DNA of 64,000 bases from a candidate division FCPU426 bacterium (GTDB taxonomy: Bacteria; Oederibacteriota; PGYV01; Palsa-1178): positions 448,001 to 512,000 of the forward strand of contig CAWIXE010000001.1 of the NCBI GenBank assembly GCA_963840035.1. The letters are read 5' to 3'. Below, piece by piece: positions 9,384-16,696 of this stretch (within the stretch, counting starts at the first letter, position 1; every line of letters starts with the position of its first letter). The translations under genes and the position numbers were made by a program. The notes below the pieces were generated by a model that was not told the DNA's origin, did no database searches, and was given only the letters and a program-made list of their open reading frames with translations.

Positions 9384-10124
9384 TTATTTCACTGCCGCCG
9401 GCGTTAACTGCAGCGACGGGGTTTTGGGCGGTTCCGGCGCGTCTATCTTCCAGTGTTTTATCACCTTGATCCTGTTTAAAGGCCAGTAGACAATGGCTGC
9501 CTGGCCGCGGAGTTTGTTCTCGGGCAGGAATCCCCAGAACCTGCTGTCATAGGAATAATCCCTGTTATCTCCCATGGCAAAGATGGTGCCTTCAGGAACT
9601 GTCTGAGGGGCAAAGTTATCCCGCGGCGTGTACATGGCCGGATAAACTTTGGGGTCTTTGTGCACCGCGTATGGCTCGTCAAGTTTTTTTCCGTTTAAGT
9701 AGAGGTCCTTGTTTTTCATTTCAACGGTATCACCGGGTATGGCTATGCATCTTTTTATCCACATGGCAGTGGTCTTATTTGTCGGGTCGCGGAAGATAAT
9801 GACATCCCCGCGTTTTGGTTTTTTGAACTGGAGTATCAGTTTTTTATCCAGCGGATTGTAGATGCCGTAAGCAAACTTGATGGCCATGGGGTGCTCGCCG
9901 ACTAAGAGGGTATTTTCCATGGACGGCGTGGGTATGGCAAAGGCCTGAATGATAAACGTCCTTAATATGGTGGCGATGATGATAGCCTCGAAAGCCGGCT
10001 CCACCCAGTCGCGCACCACGTGCTTCTTATCGAGCTTATAGACGAAGACCACCAGTATCTCGCCTATGGTTAAAAGCGCGAACAAACTCCAGTAAATGAT
10101 CTCTGACCAGTCAATGAACTTCAT
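9384..10124 (-). CDS. lepB: Signal peptidase I
   Basis: IPTPSMENTL (catalytic Ser), IKRCIAIPGD (catalytic Lys), GDNRDYSYDSRFWG; two N-terminal TM segments. Confidence 0.95.
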   Translation of the reverse strand: MKFIDWSEIIYWSLFALLTIGEILVVFVYKLDKKHVVRDWVEPAFEAIIIATILRTFIIQAFAIPTPSMENTLLVGEHPMAIKFAYGIYNPLDKKLILQFKKPKRGDVIIFRDPTNKTTAMWIKRCIAIPGDTVEMKNKDLYLNGKKLDEPYAVHKDPKVYPAMYTPRDNFAPQTVPEGTIFAMGDNRDYSYDSRFWGFLPENKLRGQAAIVYWPLNRIKVIKHWKIDAPEPPKTPSLQLTPAAVK

Positions 10125-10330
10125 TTTGTTACCTCCGTTTTTTCTGAAAGGAATATATCCTCAATTTTTGAGTTAAAAAATTTTGCTATCTTAAAAGCCA
10201 GCTCCAGCGAAGGGTCATACCTGCCGCTTTCAATGGCTATGATTGTCTGGCGCGTGACCTTCACTTTTTTGGCGAGGTCGTCCTGGGTAATATCAAGGCC
10301 GGCGCGCAGGACCCGTATCTTATTTTCCAC
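10121..10330 (-). CDS. Small XRE-family HTH regulator
   Basis: ITQDDLAKKVKVTRQTIIAIESGRYDPSLELAFKIA; GTG start abuts the upstream stop. Confidence 0.95.
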   Translation of the reverse strand: MENKIRVLRAGLDITQDDLAKKVKVTRQTIIAIESGRYDPSLELAFKIAKFFNSKIEDIFLSEKTEVTK

Positions 10331-10714
10331 TTAGCCGACCTTCTTTAACCAGGCGTACATTATGACGTCTATGGTGAGCATTACGCAAACTGAAAAAGCA
10401 AGGGTATAACCCACGGCAGTATATAATGAAGGCCCGTTTTTGCCGAGGATGATAAGTATGTTGCCGGTCGCGGCCGCTGATATGTTGAATACGATATAAG
10501 AAAACCGCGAAGCGCGCATGGAAAGGAGCTTTAACCGCTCGTCCTCCGTTATGACCTCGCTGAAATTTTTCTTAAGTATTATTGAGGCAAAAACAGCCGT
10601 TATAACAGCAAGGGTTGGAAGGACATAATTCTGGTGCCGTATGCCGAAAAACACGGCAACTGCGGCTGCCAGGAATATCAGGAAAAGAAGGAACTTATAC
10701 ATTTTTTCGCCCAT
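10331..10714 (-). CDS. DUF2178-like membrane protein
   Basis: Four TM segments with EDER...ASRFS motif, directly upstream of the XRE gene; GGAGG RBS. Confidence 0.75.
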   Translation of the reverse strand: MGEKMYKFLLFLIFLAAAVAVFFGIRHQNYVLPTLAVITAVFASIILKKNFSEVITEDERLKLLSMRASRFSYIVFNISAAATGNILIILGKNGPSLYTAVGYTLAFSVCVMLTIDVIMYAWLKKVG

Positions 10715-10741
10715 AAAGGCCTCCTTTATTTGCTAAAAACA

Positions 10742-10782
10742 AGTGTAAAGGATACTTTACATTTTGTCAAGTAGTATTTACA
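10742..10782 (-). promoter_or_regulatory. Promoter overlapped by two operator-like palindromes
   Basis: Minus strand TTGACA-N17-TACACT; TGTAAAG-N4-CTTTACA at 10744-10761 and a degenerate copy at 10765-10782. Confidence 0.7.
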
Positions 10783-10840
10783 ATGAAAAATTTTCTTTTT
10801 CTACGGGGTTGGGGTGAGATTAAGGGGCCAAAGAACAAGA

Positions 10841-10941
10841 TTCACCTCACCCCAGCCCCTCTCCTAAGAGGAGAGGGGTAACGCATAACACACAAACCGA
10901 CTTTTTATCCCTCTCCCTTGGGAGAGGGTAGGGTGAGGGGA
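10841..10941. repeat. Inverted doublet of the CCTCACCC/GGGAGAGGG repeat family
   Basis: 38 bp at 10841-10878 identical to 47428-47465; inverted partner at 10909-10941. Confidence 0.9.
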
Positions 10942-11011
10942 TAAAGTATTTGTCTTGCCTTTGTATAAGGGGGTGTTAAAATATAAGAATCAAGGGATGA
11001 AAGGGAAAATA

Positions 11012-11452
11012 ATGAAAAAAATCAAAAGGCCTCAAGCTGTAATAGTTCTTACAACAATTTACGCAATTATAACCGGCTTTCTGTTTATAAGAGCATTTGC
11101 AGGACTATTACTATCATTTAGCGCCGACAAATCAGGTAAGTATTATTTTATTAACTATATAGATTGGTCTGTTTCACTGATATTTGCGACAACAATGCTG
11201 TTTGCGGTTTCAAATTTTTACAAGATGAAAAAAGTTGGTAAAAACTTATTGGTCTTCATTAATTGGGCGTGGATGATTTTAATGGTTGCGGTTGGACTTG
11301 CTATTCCAATAGGTGCGTGTATTACAACGAAATCTTTATACTTTTCAGTCGCAACAGTTATTCCAGTACTTTTATTTTTAGTCCCCGCGGCGCCTGCATA
11401 TATTTTAAATATGTATTTAAATGACAAAAGTCTTGTAAAAGTTATGAAGTAA
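11012..11452 (+). CDS. Hypothetical 4-TM membrane protein, AT-rich
   Basis: Four hydrophobic segments; start could be 10997 or 11012. Confidence 0.65.
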   Translation: MKKIKRPQAVIVLTTIYAIITGFLFIRAFAGLLLSFSADKSGKYYFINYIDWSVSLIFATTMLFAVSNFYKMKKVGKNLLVFINWAWMILMVAVGLAIPIGACITTKSLYFSVATVIPVLLFLVPAAPAYILNMYLNDKSLVKVMK

Positions 11453-11466
11453 AATATAATATTTAT

Positions 11467-12750
11467 TTAATTGTTTGTTTTTCTTTCCTTCATAAACTTC
11501 TCTATCGCCGCCACAGTATCCCTTACCCCGTCTTCCTTATTTAATTCAACTCCGAACTTTTCAGCCGCGGTCTTCATCTGGTGCGATTGCGCCGCGGTTT
11601 TCATGTTATCGGCGAGTTCCTGCGGGGTGAAATTTATGTAGTCGAGCGGCTTGGTGGCTATGCCGAGTTTCCATAATTTGTTTGCCCACGCTTTTTGTTC
11701 GTCCATGAAATACAGCGGGACTGACGGCACCCCGTGGCGCGCTACTGTGTGCGTCGTGCCAGCGCCGCAGTGGTGCACAACCGCGGAGCAGAAGGGAAAT
11801 ATTTCCCTGTGGGGCATTTTTTCCGAAAAGTAAATATTCTGCAGGAAAGAATCAGCGGGGTATTTGGCGGTGGCTGTCTGTATGATGACGCGCGATTTAT
11901 AAAGTTTGGCCGTTTCCACCAGGTTGAACATGCCGCGGTCCGGGTCCACCTGCATGGAGGAGCCAAGGGTCATGAAAACCGGATGGTCGCCGCGCCGCGT
12001 CAAAAATTCCTTTAAGTTCGGCGGGAACTGGTAGTGCTCCGCCGATACCGGCATATTTAAAAATCCCGTAATCTTTACATTTCCCTTATCAAGCCAGTCT
12101 TTAGGTTCCGTATAAAAAAGCCTGCTGCATGCCGCAATGTTCAGGCTCTCCGACATCCACGCGTCTGTCATGACGTGCTTAATGGCAGGCAGGCCTTCAG
12201 AGGCAAAGAGTTCGGATATCTTTTTTTTCAGCATGGAGTCCATGACGGTCATGAAAAGAGACCATGCCATCTTTGTGGGGCCTGCGCCCATATTCGGCAT
12301 GCCAAGCGGCGGTTCCGTGTCTGAGGGCATAAGGCCCGGCCAGTAGCAAACGCTTATATGCGGGATTCCTTTTTTATTAGCGGCTATTTTCAGGTAATGG
12401 CAGGAAAAATGTCCTATTACAAGTTCATTCCTCTCGCAGAGGTATTTAGACCCTTCAAACAGTTCGGGAATATAAGAGTAAAGTGTTTTTTCGAGGAGCT
12501 GCTGCATCATTTCATTTGATTTGGTGAGCTTTCCGTTTTTTGAAACAAGGCCGTCAAGGACAGCTTCGATTTTATCAGGTTTTTTTATCATGGTAATGCC
12601 GGTTTTGGCGCAGACGCCCGCGTATGATTTGTTATCCACGCTGGCTATCATGATGGTGACTTCATGGCCTGCCTGTTTTAAGCCGGAGGCAAGGGCTATC
12701 ATGGGACGTATGTCGCCGTCAGAACCCCAGGTTTGGATACCTATACGCAT
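11467..12750 (-). CDS. GT1-family glycosyltransferase (sterol/macrolide GT-like)
   Basis: GSDGDIRPMIALA..L..AGHEV, VFMTLGS, PHREIFP..SAVVHHCGAGTT, DEQ. Confidence 0.9.
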   Translation of the reverse strand: MRIGIQTWGSDGDIRPMIALASGLKQAGHEVTIMIASVDNKSYAGVCAKTGITMIKKPDKIEAVLDGLVSKNGKLTKSNEMMQQLLEKTLYSYIPELFEGSKYLCERNELVIGHFSCHYLKIAANKKGIPHISVCYWPGLMPSDTEPPLGMPNMGAGPTKMAWSLFMTVMDSMLKKKISELFASEGLPAIKHVMTDAWMSESLNIAACSRLFYTEPKDWLDKGNVKITGFLNMPVSAEHYQFPPNLKEFLTRRGDHPVFMTLGSSMQVDPDRGMFNLVETAKLYKSRVIIQTATAKYPADSFLQNIYFSEKMPHREIFPFCSAVVHHCGAGTTHTVARHGVPSVPLYFMDEQKAWANKLWKLGIATKPLDYINFTPQELADNMKTAAQSHQMKTAAEKFGVELNKEDGVRDTVAAIEKFMKERKTNN

Positions 12751-12972
12751 GAAACCCCCAAATGTTCAATTTACGATTTTCAATTGTAAGTGCAAACCGC
12801 AGTTAATTATACTACAAATGGATGAAAAAGATAATTGATTAATTGGGGAATATGATAAAATACATGTAATAAGTGATAAGCCAGAATCCAGAAGTAAGGC
12901 AAAATAGCAGTAAGGCGTTTTTGTAATACTTCTTGCTTTTGACTTATAACTTTATACTTTAAGGAGCATTAT

Positions 12973-13539
12973 ATGAATATTTGCGTGTTTTGTTCCTCTT
13001 CAGATGCTGCCGCACGGAAGTACTTTACCGCTGCGGAAAAGCTGGGGCTGGAAATGGTAAAAAACGGTTATGGCCTTGTGTATGGCGGCGGCAACATTGG
13101 TTTAATGGGGCATATCGCTTCTGCCGTGAAAATGGGCGGCGGCAAAGTGACCGGGGTCATACCAAAGGCTCTGCAGGAATACGGCCTGGCAAAAGAGGGT
13201 CTTGACGAGCTAATAGTGACGGATAATCTAAGGAACAGGAAAGGGGTAATGGAACTAAAGTCCGACGCTTTCATATTTCTGCCAGGCGGCGTGGGAACCC
13301 TGGAAGAGGCAATGGAAATTTTGACGTTGAAGCAGCTGCACTACCACAATAAACCGCTGGTTTTTTTAAATACCGGCGGGTTTTATAAAAAGCTGATGGG
13401 ATTTTTTAAATTAATGGAAAAGGAAAAGTTCATAAAGAAAGAACTTTACGGCATGTTTTATCTGGCAAAAGACGAAAAGGCCGCTGTTAAGTACATAAAG
13501 AATTATAAGCCAAAAATTTCAAAAGGGAAGTGGTTTTAA
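12973..13539 (+). CDS. LOG-family nucleotide monophosphate nucleosidase (TIGR00730-like)
   Basis: ICVFCSS, LVYGGG..GLMG, RK, LPGGVGTLEE. Confidence 0.95.
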   Translation: MNICVFCSSSDAAARKYFTAAEKLGLEMVKNGYGLVYGGGNIGLMGHIASAVKMGGGKVTGVIPKALQEYGLAKEGLDELIVTDNLRNRKGVMELKSDAFIFLPGGVGTLEEAMEILTLKQLHYHNKPLVFLNTGGFYKKLMGFFKLMEKEKFIKKELYGMFYLAKDEKAAVKYIKNYKPKISKGKWF

Positions 13540-13559
13540 AAGCGGTTTAATCCGTTTGT

Positions 13560-13631
13560 TGTGTCCCTGATTAAATTTTCCCATGGATTGCGCAGTAGCG
13601 CAGGCCATGGGAAAATTTAATCAGGGACACA
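13560..13631. repeat. Perfect 27-bp inverted repeat element (empty allele)
   Basis: TGTGTCCCTGATTAAATTTTCCCATGG / ATTGCGCAGTAGCGCAGG / exact reverse complement. Confidence 0.9.
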
Positions 13632-13660
13632 TTTGGCTGCGCTTAAAAATTAAAACCAAA

Positions 13661-13686
13661 AATTGTAGAGAGGGGGCTTGCCCCCT
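13661..13686 (+). repeat. GTAG-REP (GTAGAGAGGGGGCTTGCC) copy
   Basis: AATTGTAGAGAGGGGGCTTGCC matches the reverse complement of the element at 25158-25189. Confidence 0.7.
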
Positions 13687-13755
13687 ATCAGACGCAGGCC
13701 CTGCCTTGAGAGCCAGCCATTCGGGATGTATATTTCATGGGTAGTATGAGTTCGT

Positions 13756-14832
13756 TTATAAAGGCAAATCCAATTGTCCTTTTTTCTTAACAGGCACTTT
13801 ATCTTCAAATCCGTGCATTGAAACCCCAAGCAGCCTGATCTTCTTCGTTCCTGCTTCTGTTTTTTTGAGGAGTTCAAGGATGTAACGGTATATTGTGGCG
13901 CCGGACTGGATTTTTTTGTCTATTGTGACGCTTCTGGTTATTTGTTTGAAATCAAGGTACTTTATTTTTAGCGTTATGGTCCTGCCTTTTTTGTCCTCCT
14001 GCTTCATGTCCTTTTCCACGTCAAAACATAATTCCTCAAGGATTTCTTTTATCGTATCCATGTCAGTGATGTCTTCAGGTAGGGTGGTCTCGCGGCCTAC
14101 GGATTTTCTTTCCCAGTTTGGCTCCACGGATGAGTCGTCTATGCCGCGGGCCAGGTTGTAGAACCATTCCGCGGATTTGCCGAAGTGTTCTTCAAGGAAC
14201 GGCAGTGATTTTGACCTTAAATCCGCGCCGGTAAATATACCCAGGGAGTGCATGTACTTTTCAGTTACCTTGCCGACGCCGTGGAAGGCGCCGATTTTGA
14301 GCTTGTCAATGAATTCAAGCGCCTTTTCCGGAATGACCACTGTAAGGCCGTCTGGCTTTTTAAAACCCGAGGCGATTTTTGCCAGGAATTTGCAGTATGA
14401 AACCCCGGCAGACGCGGTTAAGCCGGTGGCTTCAAATATTTTCTGCTTGATTTCTTTTGCTATTTGCGTGGCTGATTTTATTTCCATGAAGTTATCCGTC
14501 ACATCCAGGTAAGCCTCGTCAAGGGAGAGCGGCTCCACAAGGTTGGTGTATTCATGGAATATCTTATGTATCTGCCCGGATGCTTCAGTGTATTTGGAAA
14601 AATCCGGACGCACAAGTATGCATTCAGGGCATAGCCTCATGGCCGTGGCTGTTGCCATAGCCGAGTGTATGCCGAATTTACGCGCTTCGTACGAGCATGC
14701 GGCAACAACCCCGCGCTCTTTTGCCGAGCCGCCGACTATGACGGGCTTGCCCCGGAGGTCCGGGTTATCCCGCTGCTCTACAGACGCGTAAAAGGCGTCC
14801 ATGTCCACGTGTATTATTTTGCGTGTGTTCAT
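13756..14832 (-). CDS. dinB: DNA polymerase IV
   Basis: IIHVDMDAFYASVEQRD, SYEARKFGIHSAM, SLDEAYLD, KFLAKIAS..KPDG. Start placed at MNTRK; the longer ORF runs into REP DNA. Confidence 0.95.
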   Translation of the reverse strand: MNTRKIIHVDMDAFYASVEQRDNPDLRGKPVIVGGSAKERGVVAACSYEARKFGIHSAMATATAMRLCPECILVRPDFSKYTEASGQIHKIFHEYTNLVEPLSLDEAYLDVTDNFMEIKSATQIAKEIKQKIFEATGLTASAGVSYCKFLAKIASGFKKPDGLTVVIPEKALEFIDKLKIGAFHGVGKVTEKYMHSLGIFTGADLRSKSLPFLEEHFGKSAEWFYNLARGIDDSSVEPNWERKSVGRETTLPEDITDMDTIKEILEELCFDVEKDMKQEDKKGRTITLKIKYLDFKQITRSVTIDKKIQSGATIYRYILELLKKTEAGTKKIRLLGVSMHGFEDKVPVKKKGQLDLPL

Positions 14833-14893
14833 AATGAAAGTATAAGGGAAAGAGAGACAAAAGAAAAGAGACAAAAGTAAATCATAAATTCCT

Positions 14894-15212
14894 GTAGGGG
14901 CCGCCCCATGTGGCGGCCCGCAACGTTGGCGGGCGGACACTTAGGTCCGCCCCTACAGGGGTTGTAAATATTTACAACCACTGTAGAGCCGCTGCTTGCT
15001 GCGGCTCAATGTCGGCAGTCATCCGCCGTCCCACAGCAATTGTAAATATTTACAACCACTGAAAGGCAAATGCCGGGCGAGCCACCGGCTCGCCCCTACG
15101 AAAACAAAACAAAACAAAAAACTATTTAGACCCTATACAGGGGCATACAGGGGTCGCTAAAAATGTGTTATAATAACATACCAAAACCGGGACGCTCGCA
15201 GAGCGTCTCTAC
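14894..15212. repeat. Cluster of five GTAG-REPs plus a duplicated palindrome
   Basis: REPs at 14894-14919, 14931-14956, 14983-15007, 15075-15099, 15189-15212; TTGTAAATATTTACAACCACTG at 14962 and 15040. Confidence 0.9.
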
Positions 15213-15227
15213 AAACAAAGGACAAAA

Positions 15228-16550
15228 ATGAAACGCGCGCTGCTTATTAATCCGTGGGTTTATGACTTTAAATGCCACGACTTTTGGATGAAACCTGTCG
15301 GGCTTTTACGGCTTGCCACTTTCCTTAAGGCCAACGGCTTTGAAGTGGACCTGATTGACTGCATGGACAGGCTTGATGAGACAGTTCCGGAGCAGTTCAG
15401 GAAGTCGGATGAATACGGCCGCGGGGAGTATTATTCTGAAGAGCTAAATAAAACCGGGCCTTACACAAAGGTGCCGAGAAAATATAAGCGTTATGGAATC
15501 ACTCCTGACGCTTTTAAGGAAAAACTCACAAAAATATCCAGCCCTGACATCATATTTACAACCTCCGGGATGACATATAACTATGAGGGCGTTGTGTCGG
15601 CAAACAGAATGATTAAGGAACAATACAACGCGCCTATTATCCTGGGCGGAATATACGCGACGCTTTGCAGGGACCACGCCCAGAAATATTCAAATGCAGA
15701 CATCATATGGCAGGGGGAGATAAACAACAATTTCCTCATGATGTTAAACAAGGTCTGCAGGATACGCATTGATTTAAAACAGGACAAGGACTACCACAAC
15801 CTCGCGCCTGATTACACGCTTTATAAAAACCTGGAATCTGTGGCAGTCAAGTTTACCGGAGGCTGCCCGTACTCATGCACTTACTGCGCCATAAAACAGC
15901 TCTCCCCGTCATTTTACCAGAGGCCGCAGGAGGATGTTTTAAAGGAACTGGATTATTATAAAAGCAGGGGCGTTAAAAATATCGCTTTTTATGACGACGC
16001 GCTGCTATATAAGAATTTTTACATCAAAGCCATATTAAAGGAAGCAATAAAACGGGGTTATGGCTTTAATTTCCATACGCCAAACGGGATGCACGCGGCG
16101 TACATAGACGATGAAACCGCGAAACTGCTGAAGGACTCCGGGTTTAAGGACTTAAGGATATCGCTTGAATCCACGGACTACAACATACAGAAGCTTACAG
16201 GCAGTAAAGTAAACAATACGGTATTTAAGGAAGCCGTTGCCAGGCTGCAAAAGGCAGGATTTACAAATGATGACATAGGGGTTTATACATTAGCAGGACT
16301 TCCCGGCCAGACATATGACTCGGTGATGAAGGATGTGGAGTATATAAAAGCGATGGGGCTTAAAGTAAAGATGGCGAATTACTCGCCCATACCCGGTACA
16401 GTTGATTTCATGAAGATACGTTCTGATTACCGCGCCGAACTTATGAAGGAACCCATGATGCAGAACGAATTTTATTTTTTAATGATAAATCCCGAGTACG
16501 GCTGGGACGCGAATAATAAAATAAAGGCAATTTTGAATTCTAAATTTTAA
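15228..16550 (+). CDS. B12-binding-domain radical SAM protein
   Basis: LLINPW..KPVGLL, ILGGIYATL, GCPYSCTYC (CxxxCxxC), FYDD, HTPNG. Confidence 0.9.
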   Translation: MKRALLINPWVYDFKCHDFWMKPVGLLRLATFLKANGFEVDLIDCMDRLDETVPEQFRKSDEYGRGEYYSEELNKTGPYTKVPRKYKRYGITPDAFKEKLTKISSPDIIFTTSGMTYNYEGVVSANRMIKEQYNAPIILGGIYATLCRDHAQKYSNADIIWQGEINNNFLMMLNKVCRIRIDLKQDKDYHNLAPDYTLYKNLESVAVKFTGGCPYSCTYCAIKQLSPSFYQRPQEDVLKELDYYKSRGVKNIAFYDDALLYKNFYIKAILKEAIKRGYGFNFHTPNGMHAAYIDDETAKLLKDSGFKDLRISLESTDYNIQKLTGSKVNNTVFKEAVARLQKAGFTNDDIGVYTLAGLPGQTYDSVMKDVEYIKAMGLKVKMANYSPIPGTVDFMKIRSDYRAELMKEPMMQNEFYFLMINPEYGWDANNKIKAILNSKF

Positions 16551-16617
16551 ATTTTCAATTAAAGGAAAAACCAACCGGTTTATTTTAATTCAAAATTGAA
16601 AATGGAAAATTGAAAAT
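16529..16617. repeat. Inverted pair of heptamer arrays (AATTTTN / AATTGAA)
   Basis: Left array overlaps the last codons of the radical SAM gene; right array at about 16587-16617 is complementary. Confidence 0.75.
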
Positions 16618-16633
16618 CCGTTTTCCACCCCGT

Positions 16634-16662
16634 TTGACTTTGTAAGGCTCATAATATATACT
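16634..16662 (+). promoter_or_regulatory. Sigma70-type promoter
   Basis: TTGACT-N17-TATACT upstream of the AAGGAG RBS of 16697. Confidence 0.6.
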
Positions 16663-16696
16663 GTTATTGTATTTTATATAAGGAGAAAACAACAAA

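Noticed and set aside
13650..13877. 75-aa minus-strand ORF as a transposase remnant
   Set aside because: Overlaps the dinB end and a REP; no HUH or other transposase motif is discernible.
14833..14940. N-terminal extension of DinB in the ORF track
   Set aside because: Extension is translated REP and promoter DNA; homology starts at MNTRKIIHVD. Similar over-long starts were trimmed for glmS, amrA, the acyl-CoA synthetase, the epimerase and pcrA.
14962..15061. Mini CRISPR array from the two 22-bp direct repeats
   Set aside because: Only two copies, the 56-bp spacer contains a REP, and there are no cas genes.
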